Of a DNA stretch of 64,000 nt, positions 37,161-49,216 are shown one piece after another. This DNA comes from Lama glama. Taxonomy: Eukaryota. The stretch is taken from NCBI GenBank assembly GCA_028534125.1, contig CM052817.1, positions 13,332,001-13,396,000 of the forward strand. The letters are read 5' to 3'. The notes beneath the pieces were generated by a model, which made no database searches, was not told the DNA's origin, and saw only the letters and a list, made by a program, of their open reading frames with translations. A program made the translations under genes and the position numbers. Within the stretch, counting starts at the first letter, position 1. Every line of letters begins with the position of its first letter.

Positions 37161-39838
37161 TAATTTGCTTCAAAAGCGCTGATAAAAAAATACAGCCTTA
37201 CTTGATAAATTATTTTATAAAATGTTCTTCTGAAAACTCTTATGTATATACATAAATACCTTTATTCCTTTCTAATTACAGAAGTGGGCAGGGAAATTTT
37301 TTATTACCATCCCCACTTCACAGATGAAGCATCTTTAGCCAATAGATAACAAAATGAGATGACCAGTTGAATTCATCTGGTTTCTGATTCCTGTTTCGTT
37401 GCATGGAATATGCCAACAGATAAATTTAAATTTTTAAGCCCAAAGGCAGGAGTTCACATAAGAAAAGTGAACTCTTTATCTTGACTCCATTACTGAAATA
37501 CCACGAGATTTATGGTTGAGACAGGAATATAACAATGTCACTGTTAATGTGCCCTGCAGTTGTAAAGACAATCAAAGACGATTTACAGCCCCTTCTTCTT
37601 TAAGCCTGGGGTGTTTAAAATCTTTTTCTGTAGCAAACCACTGGACAGTTCAGTAACTGCTTTGTTTTCACACATCCGTTTAGAAATTCAAGAAAACAAA
37701 ACCTCAGGTAATAGACAAGTGTAGTAAAACTTAAAATTACATAATAATGGTAGTAAATACAATTTATGTTCCCAGTGGAAAGGCTCACTGTGAAGTAATT
37801 CACTTGCAACTTTTGTTGCAAGTCATCGAATACGTAGTTCCCTGGGGAACATTGAAAGAGGGTTTGTCAGTACTTCCCAGAACCCAGAGGATACATGTTG
37901 CAAGTGGGTAGGCAGGAGGTGACTGTGATAGACTGTAAAATCGACGATGGCTCAGTTTTATTCTGCAACAACTGGTGTGTCCATCACTGCTTTTATTTAG
38001 AAGGGCATTTAGACAAGGGACCCCCCCGCCCCAGATCTCTTGCTTTAGGAGACAGCGTGAAACACCAGCTGAAAACACTCTTAGCTTTGCCATATTCTCT
38101 TTGGGCCCCATACACACAATATCATCCTGAAATCAAAGATTCTAAGAATAGTAATTTCACAAGACTTGTCTGTTAAAAGGCTGGGTGAGGCCTCGCTTAA
38201 TTCCTGGGAAATATAAATGGAATTAAGCTCACTGGCAACTCTTACCAAGTTCTGGAATCATCATATGAGACATTTAAACCTTTGGGGAGGAGAAAAATCT
38301 AGTCCATCTGAATTTCACTTGTCATTGGGGAAAAAGAATCCAAAACCAAGTTTCTAATCTATGTATCTCATATACATTCTCATAACCCTCAAACACCCCT
38401 TAGAAGAGCATTACCTATTTTTTTCCAATTCAGTGATTTTTAGTAAATGAAGTTGTACGACCATCATGGAAGATTATTCTCCGTAGAACTTTGTTCTTGG
38501 GCTATTTGGAAGAGAAATCGTCTATTAAAGGCTTGTTAGTGGCGAGAATACATGCCATGTGTATAGTACCAGCTACTCTTCAGGGTAGTTTTTTTTTATT
38601 ATTATAAAAGTGGTGCATAATAATGAAAATCATGTACAATAGAACCAGACAACCTGGCTTCACATCTGTTTAGCCACTGGCTGTGCCACCTTGGGTACCC
38701 TAAGTACCCAAATTTAGGGTTGTTGTGAGTCTTAAATGAGTTAAAACTTGTAAAGTTGGCCCTTGGTATGTGCTAGATAATTCTTTGATGTAATTATTTA
38801 CATTTCCCTGGTGAGGAAAAGAAAGCAGAGAAAAATTACCTGAAGTCACAGTAACCCAATGTCACACATCTCACAGGAGTGAGGACACTGCTGAGCAAGA
38901 TTTATCTCCCAACATTATCTTTCAGGATATCACCACTGAAAATTCCAATTTTTTTAAATAAAATGATATTTTTAGATATCCTCTCCTAAGTATGCCTGAA
39001 GTCTCCTGACTGTCTGTAATTATAATCCAGGTATTATTACTAAATATACTTTGTATGTTATTCCTAATATGTCTCCCTTATCTTTTATTTACTTAACGTA
39101 CACTTATTGAGCATCTACTATTTACCAGACACTCTACTGGAAGAAATAAATAAATAATACATGGCCTCTGGTTTAATGTCCCTTAAACAATTAGTGGGAA
39201 TTAAAGACATGTACTCAAAGACAAAAACAAAAACAAAAAGAAAAAAGGAAAGAAAGAAAGAAGTAGTAAGTAAAGTGAGTTAATAATGAAACTGCCTCTG
39301 GCTTCCCAGCTGAAACCCTGCTTTAGAGTGTACAAAAATTTCAAGGTATTACATCTTCCAAGTCTACTGCACCAAACACCACCGTCAGTGATGACATAAC
39401 CTAGGTCGATCGTCTAAGACCAATGTGTGACCACGAATGCATTCCTTACTACGCAAGTCTTTTATCTGCAATTGTAAAGAGGAAAAAAGAGGGCCCATTA
39501 TTATGGTTTATAACTGAAGACCAGTGTTCGTAACACATTTATATAAAACCACTTAGAGAGTTGTATATGATCAGAAAGCAAAAAGCAATTGACCATCATC
39601 TTGTCTATGTATGTCTTTATATTCATGTTACGTCGAACTTCTAATAACTTGAACGAGATATGTCCCCAAAGAAGGTATTACATTTCTGCTAGCTTTTAAT
39701 TAGCTTACAATTAATATTAAAAATAAAGCTAGCCTAAATTCTTCCTGAAGAAGATTCTGAAGTAGTATTGCATTATTTATTTGATGATGGTGGTGATGGT
39801 GGTGCTGTTCATGGTGATACTAATATCTAATGTTTAAC

Positions 39839-40305
39839 TTACTCACCATAAAAAAGAATGAAATATTGCCATTTGTAGCACCATGGATGGACTGAGAGAA
39901 CATTATGCTTAGTGAATTAAGTCACCCAGAGAAAGACAAAAACTGTATGATGTCACTTAGATGTGGAATCTAAACAATAATACAAATAAATCTATATATA
40001 TAAAACAGAAACAGACTCACAAACATAGACAACAAACTTACAGTTACCATAGTAGCGGGGAGGGACAAGTTAGGGGTATGGGATTAACAGATACAAACTA
40101 CTTTACATAAAGTAGATCAGCAATAAGGATTTATTGTACAGAACAGGGAATTATACCCAATAGCTTGTAATAACCTATAATGGAATAAATCTGCCAAAAA
40201 AAACCCAAAAAAGAATCATGATGGTGTACATCTGAAATTAACACAATATTGTAAATCAACTATACTTCAATTAAAAATAATAAATAGATAAGTAAGTAAA
40301 TAAAT
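39839..40305 (+). mobile_element. L1 3' fragment
   Basis: ccataaaaaagaatgaaatattgccatttgtagc..tgtaaatcaactatacttcaattaaaaa; similar to the 27 kb L1. Confidence 0.9.
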
Positions 40306-42069
40306 TTGCACTTTCTATATGCTGGATGTTTAGCTCTGCATGTCAAAAAATTATTTTGTTTACACGTCAAATTAGCCATAGAAGGGAGAAATGTTTTACT
40401 TTTTTACTGAAGAGAATACTGACGTTTGTTAGCAATTATATAACTTATTTAAGATCAAACATTTAATAAATGCAAGACCAGAATTCAAGTTCAGGTTTAT
40501 CTGCCTCCAAAATCTGTGCGTTTCACCGCCAATGGGTATTACTACCCAGCAAATTCCCTTAGAATACAGTCATATTTAAGGTCACTAACAGTTGGTGTGC
40601 AACTTTATTTAGAAAGTGCTTTCCTTATTATATATTGTTTCCTCTGTTGATTTTAATGGTATCTAAAGTTGGGATAATTAAATGTGTAAAAAGCGAAAAT
40701 ATTGATTGGCACATCTAATATTTATTTTTTAAATGATCATATCTTAAATAGGTTAGCAAAGATCCCTGCACACGTGGACACTTACATACTTAGGACCGGA
40801 AAACTCAAAGTGTTTTCTCAGATCTGCAGAGTGGTTTATACTGCTGTCAAATCGCAAAAACATTTTATTCTATGTCAGCAACAATGGAATATGATTAGAC
40901 TCCTGTGGTGAGAACCATGCAAAAATGTCAATACATTTTTCTGCAATTTTCCAGACTTGACCTATTTGCAACTTTAAATATCAGTGCCTGGAAATTGAAT
41001 CAGTCTTCTTGTGTGGGAAGTAGTAGGTATTCACAATCCGCCCTATTATATGCTCCCATATTTCCATTTTTGAGTCTTTTTTTTTTCAATCTTTTCTGTC
41101 AATATCTCAGTATACTAGTTGTTTAATATTCACTGTTGATCTCACCTTCTTTGCTGGTCCTGTTTGCATCTTTGCCCGATGTAACACTCATGTTAGATGG
41201 ACAGCCACCCTTTACAACCCTATAGCACCTGCGTATTAGTTGCACCCAGCTTCATTTTAACTTGTCGTTTTCTATTTACCTAAGTCTCTTAATATTTTTG
41301 GTTTTGTCCATTTTATGAATTTCCATAAACCCTCTCAAGTTTTTTAGAAGGCAGCAGCAAGAGAAACAGAAGAACCATTGTCATCACTAAACTCCCTAGA
41401 TGTGACTGTGTTAAGCATTCTGTTTATTCAGTTATTCTCACCTCCCTACTGAGCATAGATGTCTTCACAGCAATATCATTTGATGGACATCCTTCTGAAA
41501 AATGCAAAGAAAGTGAGAGTATATTATCAATTAACAAATTTCAAAAAGTGCAGTGATCCTACCAAGCTGGTTCTTCCTGTATGTATGTGTATGTTTGATT
41601 CTGGTAAGCATCACTGTGTAGTGCTTAAGAGTGCAGAAGCCAGTGAGCCCCGAACATCAGTGTCCAGAAAGTGTATTTGGCCCAAGTGTAGGTTCCTTGC
41701 CTTTGAATATAATTTAGAGTAACAATATCTGAGTAAATGGAACTTTAGTGGCATTTAAAAGCACATGTAAAATTATGCTTTGGAATTCCTACATACCTGG
41801 AGAATGTGACTGAATAGAGATAAAATGTATTCATTTCCACTTCTCCCGATGGGAGAACAGAATTGATGTATTCATTCCTAAGTAGAGAACGACCATATCT
41901 CCTTGAAAGTATCTTATATCTTTAAATCAACTACTGGTCTTTGTCTTTATTAATGTTAGATGGGAGTGTCTTTTCCCTAAAAGAGCTTATTGGAGTCTGA
42001 ATTGTAACTCGTTTTCTTTAACAAATACAGAATTGGAGGATCAGCTAAGTTGTTGTTGTTGTTTTATAG

Positions 42070-42224
42070 TGTGGAGACAATCAATGATGGAAACTTCCAC
42101 ATTGTGGAACTACTCGCTCTGGATCAGAGCCTCTCCCTCTCTGTGGACGGAGGGAGCCCCAAAATCATCACCAATTTGTCCAAGCAGTCCACCCTGAATT
42201 TTGATTCCCCACTCTACGTCGGAG
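42070..42224 (+). CDS. SLIT2: SLIT2 coding exon (approx. 34): laminin-G
   Basis: ttttatag|T GTG GAG...GGA G|gtaagc; 155 nt; [51 protein letters not shown]. Confidence 0.97.
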
Positions 42225-45200
42225 GTAAGCTGTTTTCCAAGTTCCATGGATTCCCAAACCCTGTGATTCTCATCACAGACTAATCCTGAAGTTGTGGATG
42301 CCTGATGCCATGGGCATTGGTCCATCATTGAAAGATGAACAGCGGGAATGGAAAGAAAAGAGCCCTAGATGAGTAATAAGAGAGCATTTTGTAAGCCTGG
42401 CTCTGGGTCTGACTAAATGTGTGGTTGGGGTGGAGAAGGACATTAATCTTTCTTTTGTGTCTGTCACCTGCTAGGTGATTTACACATCATATAATGTAAT
42501 TATTTGATCCAGTGTATAGAAAAAGAAAGCTGGTTAGAGGTCAAATCAGGCAATAAAGAAGCTGAGGAAAGAAGTCTGATGCAAACTGAGGAATGAGTGA
42601 CCCACCCCAGCTCCCTTAAGGAGGCGAAATGTTTCAGTCAAATGTTGCTCTTCTGGAATGCCTTACTACAGTTGCCAGCTCATGTCGCCGATAGGATAAT
42701 TATTAATGAAATCAACTGAATGAACAAATTAAATGTACAATTTGTGTTGGGGAATTTGTACTTTGGTAGCAGGAAGTACTTCTGTTTAGCTAAGACCTCA
42801 AGGTGACTGAACCAGAGGAAAGGCGGGAAAGGTGGGTTGGGGCTTAGAATAATGGAGTGAAGACCGGACTTTATTTTAAACAACGGGAAAGCAGATGAGG
42901 AAACGGATGAGGGGTAGACGTTCGAGCAAAGTTTGGAAGAATCCCGGAGGGGCGGACCCGACCCGCTAAGGAGAGAGCCTGTCCTCTTGCCGCTGTCTGT
43001 CTGGAGGAGTCAATATAAACCAGAGACAGGATTTCAAATTCCAGGCAAAGGAGCAAGACAACATATAGTGTTGAACTGAATTGCACTGAATTAAATGACA
43101 TTGAATTGAGGTGAATTGACTGACAAAATCAACTCATTTCACAGATAAATAAGCTGAAATTTCTGAGCAGGTCAATAGAACTGATTTCTCCACCATGACG
43201 TGTACGCTCATGAACTTCACATCAGCATTTTCACAATCATAGCCTTGAGATGCTCTACAGTTTTCTTAAGCCCTCAAAGCCTTCCCTGGAAGCCCTTTCG
43301 GGAAGTTTACTGAAATTCCAGAACACTTCTGTTTTTAATCATTTCAGCAGTTGAAAATCTGAACACTTTGATAGAGTTTGGATTTTTTAGAAACAGTTAA
43401 AAGTCTTTCACTCAATTCTGTAAATATTTATTGAGCTCTTCCCATCTGCTGAGAGCTAAGTTAATAGATGCACAGAGGATACAAAACTGAAAAAGAAATA
43501 TCCCTTCTGGGCCCAGGGGATGGGGGAAGGCAGTCACATCTTCATGAAACCATAATGCATTGTAACAAAAATAGCTCGTCTTGAGTCTGTGCAGCGAGTT
43601 GACTGATCGCTTTGCTTCATGGCAGTCACACTCTGGGATTCATTAACAGGCAAAAGCCTTCCCTTTCTGCCTGCACTACAGCGAACAGCAGTTGCTTTGG
43701 GATGGGTGAAGCAAGTCACAGACGTTACCTGTGGTCCAAGAGAAAAGAGATTATATTTACTAAGCACATGCTATGTGCTCAGTGATGCTTTTTTATCCTC
43801 AGAGACTTTAGGAAGTAGGTATGATTTTTTGTTTTATAATCCCTAAGGGACAGTCTCAAGGACTTCATAAAACTTGTCCAAGTTCACAAAGCTATGACGT
43901 GATCGAGACCTTGTTCGGGTCCAGGTCTGTCTGCCCCCAAAGCCACCTGCATTGCCGTCGGTTCCTAACATGGAGCAGAAAGGGAAGCGGTCTAAGTTCT
44001 GTGGCTCTTTGTTACTAACGGACTCATCCTTCACTTGATTTTATTACGCTTTCACTAGAAACCATTTCACTAAATCTTTTAAGACCTCTTTATAATGTGG
44101 TGGGAAAAAAAGTAAGTACAGAATGGGGGTGCTTGGGCCAGAACATTTTTCAAAAATGGAGGAAAAAAATATATTTTAAATTAGCCCTGGAAAGTGTGAA
44201 TCCTTCTAAAGCTAGAGGGCTGGAAGAATCCAGACAGTGCCTCTGTCCATCCAGGCCCGAAGGAAACCTCTTCTATCGCAGCCTCACTGCCAGAGAACAC
44301 GCTGGGCTCATTTCCTTCCCGCTCAGAGGACAGTCCCTAGGGTAATTCACATTTTTAAAATACAAGGCAGTCCTGAGACCGCAGGCCTGAATTCTTTATG
44401 GCAAAGGCAACGGAACCTGTCTTAGCAAAGGAGAGTGAGGCAAACAAGCGCTCCTTCTCCTCAGAGTCTGCAAACTGGAACCCGCCCTGAGGAGGACAGC
44501 TCCACCCAAGGTGCTGCGTCTCACACCTTTGGCCCTTACAGAAGTGTGTTCTAGCAGAATGGGGAGGCGGCTTTGCCTGCCCTTGGTTTCAGCTACCCGT
44601 GAATCGGCTTTACTTAATAGAAAACTATGTAATCTTTATGCTTTTCTAAATAATAGTCCAACGAGAACATATATTACTTAATGGAATTTTTTTTAAAAGC
44701 TAAGAGCTACACATAGAAGCCTCCCCATGCATCACAGATCCTCTCCTAATGCCCCATTGGACAGAAGACCTCAGTGTTGACACCTGATCCTTTATTGTCC
44801 TTCTGAAACATGTCGAGCTTGTTAAGGCTGAAAACTGTCTACTAAGTTATCTGTTGCTTGATGGATTGAATCTCAGCTTTCGTCCATGGCATAGAGGACC
44901 AGCTAAAGGAAAAAACCATAAATCTACTTCTGTTTGTCAGTTAAGACTTCAGTTCCTAGTCAGAAATGTACCAAGCACCTGCAAGACTGACTTGGAATAG
45001 TTATTGATTTTATGATATCCTACCTGAAGTAACTCTACGTGATGTATCAACAGTTTCATTTACAGATTACTACAATCACAACTAGACCTTTACCACGGTT
45101 AGCTTTGGGAATAAAGGAAATGCATTACTTCTCCAATTGCTTCTCTCTGCTATGGAACTTAATCAATCTGTGCTTAATTTTGACATGTGCACATATGTGT

Positions 45201-45499
45201 GTTGTGCCTCCATCAAAATGAGCTCTTGAAAACAGAAGTAGTTTTGGAAGAAGTTCTGTCTTAACCTGTGAAGAAGGGACTATAAATGTGTGGACATTAA
45301 AGTCCACATAGTCTTCATGGATGGATACGATTGCATTAGAACAATTTACCCTCAAACAGTGAATTCCCCGTCACGAGTCCTCTCCTGGAAATGGACCATT
45401 TCATCTGTTGGACCTCTCTCTCCAAAGCAGCCCAGTTACCAAGGCCAGACAGACAGAGACTGAAAACCTGGACTCACGATCTTCAAATCCAAGATGCTT

Positions 45500-45702
45500 A
45501 GTTCAGTATCTGTCAAAATGTGACGAGGGCCACTTGCAGCAGGACCACCTGAGCTGCACGTGAATGTTTAGATTTCTGTGCCCACCGCTTCCTTCTGGGT
45601 CAGAATCTCAGGTGGAGAGAGAAGGGGGCCTGGGAAGCCGCCTTCTGAGCAGCACGCCTCCAGTGGTTCTTACATAGGACAAGCTGGGAAAGAACTGCCC
45701 TG
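45500..45702. mobile_element. MER5-like DNA element relic
   Basis: cagcaggaccacctg..agatttctgtgcccacc..tcagaatctc..agaactgccct. Confidence 0.55.
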
Positions 45703-46844
45703 GTCCATCCTCTTGTTGTAGATGAGAAAACGAAGCCCCAGAGGAGGGATGACCAGCCCAAGCACGCACAGACCGAAAATACAGACTGTGCCCTCCAGCC
45801 TAGCGGTTTTGTAGAACCAGCTGTCTGACTTTGGTGCCGGCTAGACCTCAGTGGGGCCCCTTTGAATAGGAAGGGAGGTGCTGCCAGGAGGCAGGGCCTG
45901 GAGGGTGCTGTGGTTCTCGGTCTTCACAACCAACAGACCCCCAGAGAGTGAGAGCTGAGGTCTTTCCCAGCCTCGACCCTCCAGCCAGCCAGTAGCTCAG
46001 AGTCCAGGCGCAGGGACAGTGTGAGTGCCGGGGTGGGGGGGAGATTAGCTGCTCTGAAGGCCTTGTCTCCCTCCCCTCCCTTCTCCCCTCCCCCAACAGG
46101 GGCCTGGATGGTAGCCTCCTGTAGGATCCCATCCAAGAACTATTTCAGGGTCTGGCTTAGGCCATGGAAAGATTCCTTAGTTTTGCCCAATGAGGGTTAC
46201 CACATGACTGTCACTGGTGGAATACACATACAAAGACTGAAAATATTGGTTTTGGAAGAATTTCTTTTATAGTCCTAATTTCTTGGAATATGAAGTTTTC
46301 ACTCTCAATTAGCAAGAGAAAAAAAGTCTGAATGAGGTGCTGTCCTGATAGGGAGCAGGGGTGGGTTTTTTTCAGGCAGTGACATCCACGGCTCAGCTTG
46401 GGACATTGTCAGTGGTGAGCTGGACTCGTTGCCAGCTTAGAGTTTGGCAGGGCTGGGGTGAATGGTCCCTGTGGACCCAGCTCTCACCGGCTGAAACTCA
46501 GTGGACTGAACGTGACTAGAGATTGTGGAAGTTTGCCTCATTAGCCTAATTCTGACCCTGTCTTACTGGTGACAGCGAGCATGTTGCCCAAGCTCTCTGG
46601 GCCCTTCATCTTTAAGGGCGTAGGGTTGGTCAGGGAGTCAGGAACTCTAGGCTGGGCTTCCAAAGTACATGTTCAGGTTAGGGGGTGGGTGCAGAGAGAG
46701 AGGGGAGCACTAATGCCTCCCCATTCCCAGCCCTGCGTTTAAGTGCAGTAGCCCTGAGTTTAAGTTTTAAATATCTAATACCTCCATATAAGTTTTTTTT
46801 TCAAACAGATGTTAAACATTAAAGATTGACTGCCAGTGAACTAG

Positions 46845-47020
46845 GTTCTTTATTTTAGTTGTGCATTAGAATTGCCTGGAGCATCTTCCAAAAAAGGAAC
46901 ACACACACACACACACCCCTCTTCTCCCTCCCCCCAGACGATCTGATCACATCAGTCTGGGCTGAGGCCCCCAGGAATCACCTGTGTGATTCTGCTGTCA
47001 GAATCGCAGGACTGGAGGCT
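46845..47020. mobile_element. MER5-like relic with short CA run
   Basis: tgcattagaattgcctggag..ccccaggaatc..gtgattctg. Confidence 0.5.
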
Positions 47021-47144
47021 TACACTGTCTGGTTCTCCTTAAGAGGCGGACCCCCACCCTGCAGGAAGAGCGAGAGGGCCCGGGTGGCACCTGGCTGAGG
47101 GCCCCCCCTCGGAGCCTGACCTCCGACTCGGTGTCCCCCCGCAG

Positions 47145-47436
47145 GCATGCCGGGCAAGAACAACGTGGCGGCGGCTCTGCGCCAGGCCCCCGGGCAGAAC
47201 GGCACCAGCTTCCACGGCTGCATCCGGAACCTGTACATCAACAGCGAGCTGCAGGACTTCCGCCAGGTGCCCATGCAGACGGGCATTCTGCCCGGCTGTG
47301 AGCCGTGCCACAGGAAGGTGTGCGCCCACGGCGCGTGCCAGCCCAGCAGCCAGTCCGGCTTCAGCTGCGAGTGCGAGGAAGGATGGACGGGGCCCCTCTG
47401 TGACCAGAGGACCAATGACCCCTGTCTGGGAAATAA
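47145..47436 (+). CDS. SLIT2: SLIT2 coding exon (approx. 35): end of laminin-G, EGF7
   Basis: ccccgcag|GC ATG CCG...AAT AA|gtaagt; 292 nt; [38 protein letters not shown]...DPCLGN(K). Confidence 0.97.
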
Positions 47437-47460
47437 GTAAGTTTGGGCTGCTGGTTAGTT

Positions 47461-47490
47461 CAACACACACACACACACACACATACACAC
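47461..47490. repeat. (CA)n tract 25 nt downstream of a donor site
   Basis: caacacacac..catacacac. Confidence 0.9.
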
Positions 47491-47663
47491 GCTCTCCAAC
47501 CCTCAAAGCAAAACTCAGGAGAGGAAAAAGGAAAGAGGGCGGGAAGGAGGGAAAGGAAAGAAGTCCACTAGCACCGTGTCCCTTGTTTTATCATCCATCC
47601 TCCCCTCGTTCCTGTCCCCGCCGCCTAATGCATCTCCATGGCTGCCTTCCTCCTCCACTGTAG

Positions 47664-47875
47664 ATGCGTACATGGCACCTGCCTGCCCATCAACGCGTTC
47701 TCCTACAGCTGCAAGTGCCTGGAGGGCCACGGGGGCGTCCTCTGTGACGAAGAAGAGGATCTGTTCAACCCCTGCCAGACGATCAAGTGTAAGCACGGGA
47801 AATGCAGGCTCTCAGGACTCGGGCAGCCCTACTGTGAATGCAGCAGCGGATACACGGGGGACAGCTGCGATCGAG
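47664..47875 (+). CDS. SLIT2: SLIT2 coding exon (approx. 36): EGF8/EGF9
   Basis: ctgtag|A TGC GTA CAT...CGA G|gtaagc; 212 nt; [18 protein letters not shown]...GYTGDSCDR. Confidence 0.97.
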
Positions 47876-48974
47876 GTAAGCCAGCCCAGCTGGGCACCTC
47901 CCTCTGTCTTGGCAAAGCAAGAGTGACCCCCCTCTTTGGAAAGAGAGAGAGAAGAGGGGAGACACACAGAGAGGGGAGTGACGTGTAGAACGCCAGGTCT
48001 TTGCACAGCCTTTAGTTGCGGGTGTTGATTTATTTTCCAGTGAAGCCACCAGGTGGGGGATATTCCAAACCTCCAACGCAGGATTTTACACGGCCTTCGC
48101 ATGTCTTCCCACACCTTGATTTGCTGTGAAAATACTCCTTCTCCCCTTGCGCAGAGGCACATATAATCTACTCACTTCTTACCTTGACCTGCCTCTCTGA
48201 TCCGTGGGTCACTGCGTCATCTTCCGGCACAGAACACAGGGGGCCAATCATTCTGCTCTAGTTTTAGGACAAAATCACCTTTGCCCTTAGAATCAACTGA
48301 TTTGTCACTGCAAATGGTGCGCGGGAGAGGGGTGGAAACAGGCTGAGGTTTCAGCCCACCTGTTTCCTTCTCCTGTGTCTGCGTGGCTACAGTGTGCTTT
48401 GCCTCCAGCTGGTGTGGATTTTGCTGTGTTGTATCCGAGGGGTGAGACGGGAGGAACGTGTCCACGGACGCTTTCAGCAGATGTCTCTTTTTGAACGAGT
48501 TCATACTCGGGTAATTTATGAAGTTCGTGGAATGTTACTTGTATTAAGCAACAGACTGAGTAATACTAAACTCCACGTCTAATAAATTCCATTGCCTACT
48601 CCCTGAAACCACTCCCTGTGGTAAACAAAGCCAGCTGTTAGCAGTGTAAAAACAGAAGATGTGTATGTTTGCTACAAAGGAAAAGGTTGAGGAACCCAAT
48701 ATCCTTGTCAGTCCAAAAGCGTAGTATTTATAGTCCACAGAGAGAGTATTCCCTGTGCACAAAAGGAAGGCCAAAAAGAAAGTGCTTTGCGCAGAACAGC
48801 AGGCTGTGCCACCAGCCCGCACTGTGTCCTGTCAGCCTGACACTGACAGCGGCGGTTACAGAGGGGCGGCTGCAGGAGCGCCATCTCCTGAGCTGAGCTG
48901 TGGCTTTCAGCAGTCACTCCGCGTGACTTTCAGCAACTGCCTTCACACGTTGTGTGCGTTTGGTTCTTTTCTAG

Positions 48975-49216
48975 AAATCTCTTGTCGAGGGGAACGGATA
49001 AGAGATTATTACCAGAAGCAGCAGGGCTATGCGGCTTGCCAGACCACCAAGAAGGTGTCCCGCCTGGAGTGCAGAGGCGGGTGCGCGGGGGCGCAGTGCT
49101 GCGGACCTCTGAGGAGCAAGCGGAGGAAATACTCCTTCGAATGCACTGACGGCTCGTCGTTTGTGGACGAGGTTGAGAAGGTGGTGAAGTGTGGCTGCAC
49201 CCGCTGCGCCTCTTAA
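48975..49216 (+). CDS. SLIT2: SLIT2 last coding exon: C-terminal cystine knot, TAA stop
   Basis: ttttctag|AA ATC TCT TGT...GCC TCT TAA; (E)[36 protein letters not shown]...KCGCTRCAS*. Confidence 0.97.

Noticed and set aside
43070..43125. Degenerate TGAAY pentamer array
   Set aside because: Short low-complexity tract with no unique spacers; not CRISPR-like or a real satellite.
47020..48162. Long antisense and alternate-frame ORFs (up to 155 aa) over the GC-rich exons
   Set aside because: Shadow ORFs caused by high GC3 in SLIT2 exons; no recognisable protein, and some run through CA repeats.
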